From assembly GCA_041665605.1 (NCBI GenBank), contig JBAYIO010000005.1, positions 20,641 through 84,640 of the forward strand: a stretch of DNA of 64,000 nt, in the 5' to 3' direction. Positions 27,004-36,758 of this stretch are shown in pieces (the first letter of the stretch is position 1; every line of letters starts with the position of its first letter). A program made the translations under genes and the position numbers. Source of the stretch: Victivallaceae bacterium. Its GTDB lineage: Bacteria > Verrucomicrobiota > Lentisphaeria > Victivallales > Victivallaceae. The notes under the pieces were generated by a model that was given only the letters and a program-made list of their open reading frames with translations, was not told the DNA's origin and made no database searches.

Positions 27004-28983
27004 ATGAATTACAGTCAGGCTTTTCAGCTACAGCAGTTGGAGGATATCGGCAGGAATTGGGGACATTATGACGTTAAAGACCAGTTTAAGCATTTCATTT
27101 ATAAAATAGCCGATGCCGAATTTGTGAAAGGCAATGCGGAACGGGATACGATCCGCACAGAAAAAGAGATCAATAAGCGGCGCAAAATAATGCGGGATAA
27201 ATTTATTGCCGCAATTGGCGGCCTGCCTTCAAGTGATACGCCGCTTAACGCTAGAATCACCAGGGTGATTCAGGAAGACGGTTTCCGCATTGAGAAGATC
27301 ATATTTGAATCACGTCCGGACGCTTTCGTTACCGCCAATATGTATATTCCCGACGGCATTGTCAAGCCGTGCGGGACAGTGCAATTTCTTAGCGGACATT
27401 TTGAGCAGGCCAAGCATGCTGACGAATATCAGGTTGTCTGCCGTACTTTGGTCAAGGCAGGCCTGATAGTCTTTGCGCAGGATCCGGTCGGGCAGGGGGA
27501 ACGGCACAGCTATTACGAACCGTCGCTCAACTACAATACTTTCCGCTGGGGAACCGGAGAGCATGATTACGCCGGTGTCCAGTGTCTGCCCGCCGGCCAA
27601 AGCATTGCCAGATACTTTGTGCATGACTCGATGCGCGGAATTGATTATCTCCGCACCCGTCCGGAAGTTGATAAGAATAAAATCGGCGTCACCGGCAATT
27701 CCGGCGGCGGCACCCAGACTTCGCTGATGATGGTTTGCGACGAACGCATTGCCGCCGCGGCACCGGCGACTTATCTGATGAGCGCCAACGGCTGGATGCA
27801 TACAGGCGGCGCCCAGGACCTGGAACAGATCTGGCCGGGAATGACTGCCGCCGGATTTGAACATGAAGACATTCTGCTGATGATGGCTCCGCGCCCGGTG
27901 CTGGTGCTGGCGGTGACGTATGACTTTTTCCCGATTGAAGCCACCCGGCAGACAGTTGCCAGGGCCAGGAGATTCTGGGACATCTGCGGCAAAAGCGCAA
28001 ATCTGGAGTTGTCCGAACAGCAGGTTGATCATCATTACACCCCGGAAATGGCGGTAAAATCCGCTGAATTCTTCGTCCGTCATCTGCTGGGGAAGAAAGT
28101 TAAAATAGATAATTCAAAAATTAAGCCGATTCCGGCTTCACAGCTTTACGCCACCAAAACCGGGCAGGTACGCGGCGAGCTGAAAAATGCCCGTTTTGTG
28201 CACGATGAAAACAAGGCAAGTGTTGAGCGAATTCAGCAGGCAGCAAACTCCGAACCTGAAAAAATGAGAAAAAACAAGGCACTGGCTTGGCTGAAAGCCG
28301 GTGTTTTTAACAATCGCAAACCATGTCCGCAGAATCTGCGGATATTGTATTCCGGTCACTCCAATGATCTGTGTTTCAATAACGTGTTCTGGTGGTCTCA
28401 GGAAGGAATAATAAATCAGGCGCTGGTATTCCGGGATTACCGTTTCGCTGATCAGAAACTGCCGCTGACCATCGCGGTGTGGACCGATGGCACAAATCAA
28501 TTGCGTTCCCACATGAACTGGTTGCGCAATACCTGCGCCGCGGGGAGGGCGGTGATGGTGTTGAATGTAACCGGCGTCGGCGCAATGGAACCGCGTAAAA
28601 TCAATCAGTATCCGACTCATGAGTGGTATGGCACTATCTGCCGTCTGGCGCATGATCTGATATGGCTTGGAGATTCAATTGTCGCGTTCAGGGCATACGA
28701 TGTAATCAGGGCGCTTGACGCCGCTCAGGAACTGCCGGATATCAATGTCAATGATATTGAGCTTTACGGGCATGGACGGCAGAGTGTATATGCGCTCATT
28801 GCCGCTGCGCTTGACCTCAGAGTGAAATCACTGCGGGAAGATGAGGCGCTGTCCGGATACGCCGACCTGGTGTGTGCGCGTCATTATGATGATTATGACG
28901 TCAACAGCATCATTTTTCACGGCATTCTGAAATATTGCGATCTGCCGGACCTCCGGAAGTGGCTGGGCAAAAAATATCAATAA
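27004..28983 (+). CDS. alpha/beta hydrolase (acetyl-xylan-esterase / dienelactone-hydrolase-like)
   Basis: 659 aa. Nucleophile elbow IGVTGNSGGG (G-x-S-x-G). No signal peptide. Confidence 0.7.
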   Translation: MNYSQAFQLQQLEDIGRNWGHYDVKDQFKHFIYKIADAEFVKGNAERDTIRTEKEINKRRKIMRDKFIAAIGGLPSSDTPLNARITRVIQEDGFRIEKIIFESRPDAFVTANMYIPDGIVKPCGTVQFLSGHFEQAKHADEYQVVCRTLVKAGLIVFAQDPVGQGERHSYYEPSLNYNTFRWGTGEHDYAGVQCLPAGQSIARYFVHDSMRGIDYLRTRPEVDKNKIGVTGNSGGGTQTSLMMVCDERIAAAAPATYLMSANGWMHTGGAQDLEQIWPGMTAAGFEHEDILLMMAPRPVLVLAVTYDFFPIEATRQTVARARRFWDICGKSANLELSEQQVDHHYTPEMAVKSAEFFVRHLLGKKVKIDNSKIKPIPASQLYATKTGQVRGELKNARFVHDENKASVERIQQAANSEPEKMRKNKALAWLKAGVFNNRKPCPQNLRILYSGHSNDLCFNNVFWWSQEGIINQALVFRDYRFADQKLPLTIAVWTDGTNQLRSHMNWLRNTCAAGRAVMVLNVTGVGAMEPRKINQYPTHEWYGTICRLAHDLIWLGDSIVAFRAYDVIRALDAAQELPDINVNDIELYGHGRQSVYALIAAALDLRVKSLREDEALSGYADLVCARHYDDYDVNSIIFHGILKYCDLPDLRKWLGKKYQ

Positions 28984-29010
28984 TAAATGTGGCTGGCGAT
29001 TCCGGCAGAA

Positions 29011-29850
29011 TCAGTTTCTCATGCTGGGACTGCCCAGGGAGCGGGCGAACTCGGTCGGGGTCATTCCGGCGGTTTTCTTGAACGCTTCGCAGAAATGCGG
29101 CAGGGAACTGTAGCCCACTTTCGCTGCGATGTCGGAAATGTTGTCAGTAGATTCCCGCAATAAATGCTGTGCTGTTTCCATTCTGATTTCCCGCAGGTGA
29201 TGACGGAAATTATGTCCGGTTTCTCTTTGCATCAGGTTGCGCAGATAAGAAGCGCTGACCCCTGAGTGTTTACTGACGGATTCCGCTGTAATGTCGCGCA
29301 TGTAATTATTCCTGATGAAATTCAATGCCCGTGAAATGACCGCGGTCCGGTGATTCAAATTATTCTCTCCGGTTATTTTCACTGTGTCCTGTTCAAAACA
29401 GCTTTCGGAGAGGCGGCGCTGAAGTAATAACAGCAATTGATTTAGCATAATGACGATCAGTTCGTGACAGAAGCGGTTTTCGGTCAGGTACTCATTTTTC
29501 ATCTTCAGCATGATGGTTCTTTCATCATGGTTCAGGAAGATGGCTTTGCTGGCAATGGAACTGTCAATATTTCCATAAAAAGCAATATTCAAAAAGTCGA
29601 ACGGCCTGCCGCCGACGCCGTGAAAATGGTGTTCCAGCATTGATGGTATGAGGGCGCATTCACCCGGTTTCAGCATGATTACTTCATTGCGCACGGTCAA
29701 CTCCACACACCCGTAATCAACAAAGATGATTTCGCATTCATCATGGATCTGTTTCTTCAGGTTGAACCCGCGGCTTTTGGCTTTATGCAGCACATAGTTC
29801 GCATTTCTTACCGGCAGCGCATTCAGCAAATTGTCAATCTTGTCTTTCAT
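29011..29850 (-). CDS. AraC family transcriptional regulator
   Basis: C-terminal HTH pair (VSKHSGVSASYLRNLM...AAKVGYSSLPHFCEAFKKTAGMTPTEF) with a cupin-like N-terminus. Confidence 0.85.
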   Translation of the reverse strand: MKDKIDNLLNALPVRNANYVLHKAKSRGFNLKKQIHDECEIIFVDYGCVELTVRNEVIMLKPGECALIPSMLEHHFHGVGGRPFDFLNIAFYGNIDSSIASKAIFLNHDERTIMLKMKNEYLTENRFCHELIVIMLNQLLLLLQRRLSESCFEQDTVKITGENNLNHRTAVISRALNFIRNNYMRDITAESVSKHSGVSASYLRNLMQRETGHNFRHHLREIRMETAQHLLRESTDNISDIAAKVGYSSLPHFCEAFKKTAGMTPTEFARSLGSPSMRN

Positions 29851-29929
29851 GTTGTTACAATATAATCATTATTGATGCATGTCAATATTTTAATAATCGT
29901 TAAGAGAAATAATTTAATCATTCAGGGAA

Positions 29930-29958
29930 TTGATGATTTGCCGGAATGACACTATAAT
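29930..29958 (+). promoter_or_regulatory. candidate sigma70-type promoter (TTGATG-17 nt-TATAAT)
   Basis: TTGATG at 29930-29935, a 17-nt spacer, then TATAAT at 29953-29958. 40 nt upstream of the GH4 ATG. The intergenic context is AT-rich, so a chance match is possible. Confidence 0.4.
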
Positions 29959-29997
29959 TATTACTATCCTTTAAAAACATTTACGGAGGTAACTATT

Positions 29998-31332
29998 ATG
30001 TCGAAAGGCGCAAAGATCGTAATGACCGGCGGCGGAAGCTATAATTGGATTCCGCGCATAATGTGCGATATGATGCAGGCTCCTGAACTCAAGGGCAGCG
30101 AAGTCTATTTGCTTGATCCCAATCTTCAAGCCGCCAAGGAAGTGAAGGCCGCAGTTGAAAAAATGTCCGGAACCCTGGGGGCGGGATTTAAGTTCACCGC
30201 CGGCAGTTCCGAGGAAAAGGCGTTTGCCGGTGCTGATTTTGTGGTCATAACGATTTCCACCGGTGATCTGGAAATGATGCGCCATGACCTGAAGATTCCG
30301 GAAAAATACGGTATTCTCCACACGGTCGGGGATTCGGTCGGACCAGGCGGCTGGTCACGCACGCTGCGCAATGTGCCGGTGTTTGTTAAAATGGCGCAGA
30401 AAATTGAAAAACTGTCGCCCAAAGCGATTATCCTGAATTACACCAATCCGATGGCGGCTCTGACCGGCGCGATAAGCGCTTCAACCTCGCTGCGCAATGT
30501 CGGCCTGTGTCATGGCGTATTTGCCGCGTATCAACTGTTAGAGAAGATTTTTGGAGTTGAAGAGCAGGATCTCTGCTTAAAATATGGCGGCGTCAACCAT
30601 TTTTTCTGGGTCACTGATTTCACGGTTAAAGGTCAGCCCGGATATCCGATGCTGGCTAAGAAACTTGCCGGCAGATCAATAGATGAATATTTTGCGAAGG
30701 CGCACAAAGATGAAGCAGGCATGGCACACCACAAGCACAAACTGCTGGACGAGTTATACCGGCAATATGGTTATCTGTCATATCCCGGTGACCGGCATAC
30801 CTGTGAATTTGTGCCGGGATATATTAATAACGGCAAGTCTCCGATCAAGCGTTTCGGCCTGGTCAGAACTTCGATTGAAGAACGGTATGATGTCAGAAAA
30901 GGCGCCAGGGAACGCGCCGCCAAACTGGCGTCAGGAGAAACGGCCCCGTTTGGGCGTTCCAGAGAAACCGCCGTTGATATCATGACCGCATTTATTAACA
31001 ATAAACCGTTTATTGACGTCGTGAATATGCCGAATATCGGACAGATTGACAACCTGCCGCGCGGTGCGGTTGTCGAGACGATGGGAATGGTTGATGCCCG
31101 CGGGTTCACCCCGATTGCAATCGGCTCCCTGCCGCGAGAGGTGCAGCCGACGATTGACGTGCATTGCAAAGTGCAGATGATGACACTGGAGGCGGCGATG
31201 AAGGGCGATCTGGAGATGGCGCTTCATTCGCTGATGCTTGATCCGCTGTGCGCGAATCTGCCGCCGTCCGATGTCCGCAAAATGGGGCTTGAACTGATAA
31301 AAGCCACCAAGGCATGGCTTCCGCAATTCTAA
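29998..31332 (+). CDS. GH4 family NAD(+)/Mn(2+)-dependent glycosidase
   Basis: KIVMTGGGSYNW (Rossmann), ILNYTNPM, VGLCHGV and GVNHFFWV blocks. GGAGG RBS. Confidence 0.9.
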   Translation: MSKGAKIVMTGGGSYNWIPRIMCDMMQAPELKGSEVYLLDPNLQAAKEVKAAVEKMSGTLGAGFKFTAGSSEEKAFAGADFVVITISTGDLEMMRHDLKIPEKYGILHTVGDSVGPGGWSRTLRNVPVFVKMAQKIEKLSPKAIILNYTNPMAALTGAISASTSLRNVGLCHGVFAAYQLLEKIFGVEEQDLCLKYGGVNHFFWVTDFTVKGQPGYPMLAKKLAGRSIDEYFAKAHKDEAGMAHHKHKLLDELYRQYGYLSYPGDRHTCEFVPGYINNGKSPIKRFGLVRTSIEERYDVRKGARERAAKLASGETAPFGRSRETAVDIMTAFINNKPFIDVVNMPNIGQIDNLPRGAVVETMGMVDARGFTPIAIGSLPREVQPTIDVHCKVQMMTLEAAMKGDLEMALHSLMLDPLCANLPPSDVRKMGLELIKATKAWLPQF

Positions 31333-31505
31333 GGAACTGTAAATAAATAAACTATTGAATTTTCACCGAATATCTTGATTTGATTTTCGAGTTGCTTGTG
31401 AGGCGCATACCGGCAGGTATGTAACGAAAAGCATTCAAGAGAGCGGTGTAAAAACATAGTTTATTTTGAGACAGTTGATTATTTATGGCAAATGGAGGAA
31501 CGGCA

Positions 31506-32282
31506 ATGAAAAAAGTATTTTACGGCAAAACTGAAATCGTATTATGCGATGATAATAATGACCTTGGGAAAAAATCAGCCTGTGCGGTTGCAAAAACTAT
31601 GATAGATTTGCTTGCGGAAAAAGAAGAATTAAGAATAGTTTTAGCGGCAGGAGAAAGTCAAAGCTCATTTCTAAATGCGCTGGCAGGGGAGACTGGCATT
31701 GACTGGCGCAGAGTAGTTTGTTTTAATATCGATGATTTCTGGGATATCAGGATGCCGGAAAAATTTACTTGCGGTTACCAGACTGCAAAGGAATTATATC
31801 AGAAGATCAACGCCAAATCAGTGAATCTTGTGCGCTTCAATGCCGTTGATCCGGAAGCTGAATGCCGGAGGTTTGAAAAATTGCTGCGGGAAAAGCCTGT
31901 TGATATTTTATGTCAGGGAATCGGAACGTCCGGTCATCTGGCCCTGGACGAACCGTTTGACACTGATTTCAATGATGAGAGATGGGTAAGACTTGTAAAT
32001 ATCGCCGCGCAATCTAAAAAGCAGCTTAAAGCAGACCCTAATTTTGAAGCGCTTGGCTACATTCCGGAAAAAGGAATAACGATGACAATCCCGGCAATTC
32101 TCGCTGCCAGGCATTGCTATACTATGGTACCGTTAAAATTGAAGAAGGAAATTCTCACGAAACTTTCCAATACAGATGTGGCCACGGAAGCTCTCCCCGC
32201 ATCTATCCTGTTAACCAGGAACGGTGTGCTTTTTGTGGATAGAGACTCATGTCCTGATTACTGGCTCGGTAATTTTAAATGA
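31506..32282 (+). CDS. glucosamine-6-phosphate deaminase / 6-phosphogluconolactonase family protein
   Basis: LAAGESQSSFLNAL and GIGTSGHLALDEP blocks. Start moved to ATG 31506, which is preceded by GGAGGA (31494-31499). Confidence 0.8.
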   Translation: MKKVFYGKTEIVLCDDNNDLGKKSACAVAKTMIDLLAEKEELRIVLAAGESQSSFLNALAGETGIDWRRVVCFNIDDFWDIRMPEKFTCGYQTAKELYQKINAKSVNLVRFNAVDPEAECRRFEKLLREKPVDILCQGIGTSGHLALDEPFDTDFNDERWVRLVNIAAQSKKQLKADPNFEALGYIPEKGITMTIPAILAARHCYTMVPLKLKKEILTKLSNTDVATEALPASILLTRNGVLFVDRDSCPDYWLGNFK

Positions 32283-32286
32283 TGAA

Positions 32287-32315
32287 GGCTGAGCAGGAAA
32301 TTTTTCCGCTCAGCC
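32287..32315. terminator. hairpin between convergent genes (bidirectional terminator candidate)
   Basis: GGCTGAGC...GCTCAGCC with inner GGAAA/TTTCC pairing. Moderately U-rich flanks on both strands. Confidence 0.5.
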
Positions 32316-32331
32316 TGCTTTACTGACGTTC

Positions 32332-32724
32332 TTATTCGGCGGTGATTCTGGTTCCTTTCATCGTGCCTGATGTATTCTGATCAGTAGTGTAAGTGCCTTC
32401 AAATTCATTGTCGGAACACAATGATCCGTTCAAATGGAAATTGCGTTTGTCATCATTGCGCTTCCCGTCAATCGTGAATTTCGGGCCGTTCTCGGCGATG
32501 GTGCCGGAGAGTTGGAACTCGCCAAATGCGTCATTGCATTTGCCTGTGAGATTATATGATTCCTGAGCTATAGCCATTGTTCCGGTTTGAACCCCGCTTC
32601 TGCCCTTCTCTTCGAACTTGTAGTTCCAGGCTCCCGTCATGTTGCAATGTTTCGGAACCGATGAGCATCCGGTAATGAATCCGGCAACAATGACGGCCGC
32701 TGCGAGCATGATTGACTTTTTCAT
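32332..32724 (-). CDS. small lipoprotein
   Basis: Signal peptide plus lipobox (AGFITG-C). 130 aa, no family recognised. Confidence 0.6.
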   Translation of the reverse strand: MKKSIMLAAAVIVAGFITGCSSVPKHCNMTGAWNYKFEEKGRSGVQTGTMAIAQESYNLTGKCNDAFGEFQLSGTIAENGPKFTIDGKRNDDKRNFHLNGSLCSDNEFEGTYTTDQNTSGTMKGTRITAE

Positions 32725-32858
32725 TTCATTTCTCCTTTGCTGATGGTTGGTTTCGAGATCACAATTGCATGATCATATATCAATATACATGCGGACAATA
32801 AATTGGCAAATCTTCCGCCGTGCATTAATTATATATGACGGAGCAATGATTCAGGTGT

Positions 32859-33479
32859 TTACTCTGAGTGGTGTGACATTTTTTTGCCAAGATGCAGTAG
32901 AAACAGAGCCAGCGCAAGAATACCCACGGAGGCCGCGAAATACAGCATTTGCACAATGTTCTCTATCTTCATTTCCAGCATGAATTGAAAGAACTTGACG
33001 ATTAAAGCCATAATAATAACTTGACCGATCTTGTCTTTTAAAACATCCAGAGAGCCGATATCCAGAATATTTGAGGATTCGGTGCTGTCCGCCGCATCGA
33101 TGTGGCTGATGAACAGTTCATACAGGCCAAAGCTGAAAATTAACGAAACTACTGCAATCAGGAAGATGTCAATGCTGCCGACAATTGTTCCCAGCACGGC
33201 CCCGTGCAGATCAATTTTAGCGCCTTGTCCGCAGGCGGCGTTCACCAGGTCAATAATCAGTTTCACAATATCGAATGTGCCGATTGCAAAGAGAATGAAC
33301 GACGCAAGCAGGCTGGAAATCACTGCAAACAGCACAAGATATCGGCTTGACCAGAGGAAATTCTCAAAAATCTTTTCAATTGTCCAGGTTTTTCGACGGT
33401 CGTTTTCCAAAAAGTGCTCCCTGGTTTTTCGAGGTTTTTGTTCAGACATAATATCTCCGGAATATATATAATCTTTCAT
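32859..33479 (-). CDS. YqhA/UPF0114 family membrane protein
   Basis: The FENFLWSSRYLVLFAVISSLL start and the four-TM layout resemble E. coli YqhA as recalled. Confidence 0.7.
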   Translation of the reverse strand: MKDYIYSGDIMSEQKPRKTREHFLENDRRKTWTIEKIFENFLWSSRYLVLFAVISSLLASFILFAIGTFDIVKLIIDLVNAACGQGAKIDLHGAVLGTIVGSIDIFLIAVVSLIFSFGLYELFISHIDAADSTESSNILDIGSLDVLKDKIGQVIIMALIVKFFQFMLEMKIENIVQMLYFAASVGILALALFLLHLGKKMSHHSE

Positions 33480-33745
33480 AAATTTTGATCATGATAAAGC
33501 ATGGAAGATAACCTTGAAATGCTGGAAAATCAAGTTAAGAACGATAATAACGACGGTGTTGGGTATTTTATGGAAGCAATAATTCCGGATTTTACAGTAA
33601 TCTGCTACTTGAATCACGGCGGTTTCAGTTGTAATTTTATGATAGATTTTTATCTATTTTGGCATATTTTGAAATATTCTGAGTGTTGACGCAATTTTTT
33701 GCAAAAAAACTATTTATAATAATTATTATTGAAGGAGCAGTTACT

Positions 33746-35650
33746 ATGTCATTGAAAAACATCACCGAATTGTCAACTTTTTTCGGGCTGAATCCGGATT
33801 ATGTGCTGGGCGGCGGCGGCAACACCTCTTTTAAAGACGAAAATTTTCTTTATGTCAAACCCAGCGGAATCAGCCTGGCGTCCATTACCGAAAAGGATTT
33901 TGTTAAAATGGAACGCGAAAAAGTACGGGCGGTTTTCGCTATCGGCGAACTTACCGGTGCGGTGGAGCGCGAAGCAATAGTCAAGAAAATGCTGGCTGAC
34001 GCAGTTACTTATGATTCTTCGGGCCGCCCTTCAGTAGAGGCTCCGCTGCATGAGCTTATTCCGACTGCCTATGTCGTTCATCTTCATCCTGCCGCGGTCA
34101 ACGGCATGACCTGCGGTAAAAACGGCAAAGAGATTTGCGAAGCGCTGTTTCCGGAAGCTTTGTGGATAGATTATATTGATCCCGGCTTTACGCTGGCTTA
34201 CGCGGTTTACCACGCAGCCAGGGACTACAAGCAGACTAAGGGCCGCGACCCGCAAGTGATTTTTCTTCAGAATCACGGAGTGTTCGTCGGCGCCAATGAA
34301 GCGAAGGATATCCGCTCAATTTACCAGATGATCATGGATACGCTGGCCGGACATTATCAGAAACAGGGCGTTGCATTAAAACTGGAGACCGGAGAGAAAG
34401 ACACGGCATTTGTATTCGAAAATGCGCCGATGTTGCGTTCACTGCTGGGTTCCGGTGCCCCGGCGACCGTGATCAGTCTGCCGCCGTTTAAGGCCGCCGG
34501 CGGGGCGCTGACGCCTGACCATATCGTCTATGCCAAATCTTTCTGCCTGGAAACCGAAAATCCGAATCTGGACGCTGTTGCCGCGTTTGAAGCCAGGCAT
34601 GGCTATAAACCGAAAGTCGTGTCCGTTCCCGGCAAAGCAGTATTCTGCGCCGCCGATACTTATAAGGATGCGCTTACCGTGGCCGGGCTGGCTGCGGATG
34701 CCGCCAAAGTGCAGGCCTGGACCGCAGCATTCGGCGGCTGTCTGTTCATGAGCGATAAAGCGCGCGGATTTATTGAAAACTGGGAAGTGGAATCCTATCG
34801 CAAACAGGTATCTTCCGGCAAAGCCGGCGGACGGCTTAGAGGCAAAATCGCGGTTATCACCGGCGGCGCTCAGGGATTTGGATTCGGCATTGCCGAAGAA
34901 CTGGCCGCAGAAGGTGCGCTGGCGGTTATTGCCGATATGAACCGTCAAGGAGCTGAAGGCGCCGCCGCCGTGATTAATTCCAAATTCGGATCTTCCTGTT
35001 CCATTGCGCTGGAAGTGAATATTTCCTCAGAGGAATCCGTGGAAAAGATGGTGCGCGAACTGGTTGAACGCTGCGGCGGCATTGACATTCTGGTTGCCAA
35101 CGCCGGGGTGCTGCGCGCCGGTTCAGTTAAAACCATGACTTTGAAGGACTGGGAATTTGTCACCGATATTAACTATACTGGATATTTCCTCTGTACCAAG
35201 CATGTTTCTCCGGTCATGGCGCTTCAGAATAAACATGGCGGCGGCTGGACTGACATTGTGCAGATCAATTCGAAGAGCGGATTGTGCGGCAGCAACCGCA
35301 ACGGCGCGTATGCAGGCAGTAAGTTCGGGACTATCGGTCTGACGCAGAGTTTCGCTATGGAACTGGTGGAAGATAGAATTAAAGTCAACAGCATCTGCCC
35401 CGGCAACTTTTTCGACGGACCGCTTTGGAGCGACCCTGAAAAAGGTCTGTTTGTTCAGTATTTGAACAGCGGCAAAGTGCCGGGAGCAATGACCATCGGC
35501 GATGTCAAGGCGTTTTATGAAGCCAAAGTCCCGATGAACCGCGGCTGTTTCCCTGCTGATGTGGCTAAAGCGATTATCTATGTGGTCGAGCAGAAATATG
35601 AGACCGGGCAGGCCATCCCTGTAACCGGCGGTCAGGTCATGTTGAGCTAG
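33746..35650 (+). CDS. bifunctional class II aldolase / short-chain dehydrogenase (rhamnulose-1-phosphate aldolase-SDR type)
   Basis: N-terminal aldolase-like half. C-terminal SDR with VITGGAQGFGFGIA and YAGSKFG. Start moved to ATG 33746, preceded by GAAGGAG. Confidence 0.85.
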   Translation: MSLKNITELSTFFGLNPDYVLGGGGNTSFKDENFLYVKPSGISLASITEKDFVKMEREKVRAVFAIGELTGAVEREAIVKKMLADAVTYDSSGRPSVEAPLHELIPTAYVVHLHPAAVNGMTCGKNGKEICEALFPEALWIDYIDPGFTLAYAVYHAARDYKQTKGRDPQVIFLQNHGVFVGANEAKDIRSIYQMIMDTLAGHYQKQGVALKLETGEKDTAFVFENAPMLRSLLGSGAPATVISLPPFKAAGGALTPDHIVYAKSFCLETENPNLDAVAAFEARHGYKPKVVSVPGKAVFCAADTYKDALTVAGLAADAAKVQAWTAAFGGCLFMSDKARGFIENWEVESYRKQVSSGKAGGRLRGKIAVITGGAQGFGFGIAEELAAEGALAVIADMNRQGAEGAAAVINSKFGSSCSIALEVNISSEESVEKMVRELVERCGGIDILVANAGVLRAGSVKTMTLKDWEFVTDINYTGYFLCTKHVSPVMALQNKHGGGWTDIVQINSKSGLCGSNRNGAYAGSKFGTIGLTQSFAMELVEDRIKVNSICPGNFFDGPLWSDPEKGLFVQYLNSGKVPGAMTIGDVKAFYEAKVPMNRGCFPADVAKAIIYVVEQKYETGQAIPVTGGQVMLS

Positions 35651-35665
35651 GAGCTTACCTGATTT

Positions 35666-36628
35666 ATGAACGTATTCTTTTTCGAAGCTTTTGAAGAAGA
35701 AGAGGCTGCATTGCGGCGATAGACAATTCACGGGATTCAATGCGGTTATTCCTGGAAGACAATTCAGGAGCCGGGTGCCGTTGAACCTCCGGCTCCGGTG
35801 ATCTCCATTCGTACCCAGTCGCTCATTCCGCCTGCATGGGCAGGCGGAATAGTGGCTGTTCTGACCCGCAGCACCGGTTACGATCATCTGGCCGCCTACC
35901 GCAAATTGACCGGTGCCAAACTGAACTGCGGCTATCTTCCGCTGTACTGTAATCGCGGAGTTGCTGAGCAGGCTATGCTGTTGTGGATGGCGCTGCTGCG
36001 CAAGCTTCCGGTGCAGATGCGGCAGTTTGCGGGATTCAACCGCGACGGCATTACCGGCCGTGAAGCCATGTCGAAGAAAATGCTGGTCGTCGGGGTCGGC
36101 AATATCGGCAGCGAGATCGTCAAAATCGGACAGGGGCTGGGCATGAAAGTGCTTGGCGCAGATACTGTCGAAAAATACGATTTTGTTGATTATGTTGAAT
36201 TCAGTGAAGGCGCAACTCAGGCCGATATTGTGGTTTGTGCCATGAACCTGACTCGTGAAAATAACCGTTATTTCAATTCTGAACGGCTCGCGTTGCTAAA
36301 ACGCGGGGCAATATTTATCAACATCGCCCGCGGCGAATTTTCACCGGCTCCGGCTTTGCTGGAAGCGTTGAAAACCGGCCAGTTAAGCGGTGTCGGACTT
36401 GATGTTTACGACCGCGAAACCGAACTTGGCCCCGCTTTGCGCGGCGAAAAAGCGATCGCCGACCCTGAACTCAGAGCAGTACTTGAGCTGATGAAGCGCG
36501 ATGATGTCATTTTAACCCCGCACAATGCCTTTAACACCACCGAAGCAGTCGAACGCAAATCCGGACAGAGCATGCAGCAACTGGAAGCGCTCACCACCAA
36601 CGGCAGTTTCATTTGGAATGTTCCGTGA
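35666..36628 (+). pseudogene. D-isomer-specific 2-hydroxyacid dehydrogenase interrupted by an in-frame TAG at codon 19
   Basis: ATG 35666 encodes MNVFFFEAFEEEEAALRR, then TAG (35720-35722). The same frame continues without further stops into the track ORF 35798-36628 (LTRSTGYDHL..., VVGVGNIGSE..., TPHNAF). The segment before the track's GTG start is part of the conserved N-terminal domain. Confidence 0.65.
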
Positions 36629-36758
36629 TCCGTATTTTTTGCTTTAATTCAGTTTAATTGTTTCTTTGACGCAAAAAGAAATGGCAGTTTTTATCCCAGT
36701 CTTGATTCAGCGCTTTTATGGATTAAATTGAATTATTCAATGCAACAAGGAGGGGAGT

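Noticed and set aside
27310-28083. 257-aa minus-strand ORF
   Set aside because: It is antisense to the alpha/beta hydrolase, including its GNSGGG nucleophile region, and its translation is low-complexity.
33695-33708. 14-bp perfect palindrome TTTTTTGCAAAAAA next to TTGACG upstream of the aldolase/SDR gene
   Set aside because: It is a low-complexity A/T tract, and the best -10 candidates are 19 or 23 nt from the -35-like hexamer. This is not convincing as a promoter or an operator.
35720-35722. The in-frame TAG as programmed recoding (pyrrolysine or a reassigned amber codon)
   Set aside because: TAG terminates other genes in the window (12312-12314, 35648-35650). No pyl genes are present, and the local context looks like a simple Tyr-codon mutation. 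A pseudogene or a sequencing error is more parsimonious.
35123-35887. 254-aa minus-strand ORF spanning the aldolase/SDR 3' end and the dehydrogenase 5' end
   Set aside because: It is antisense to two genes with strong family signatures, has no motif of its own and crosses an intergenic region. It is a shadow ORF.
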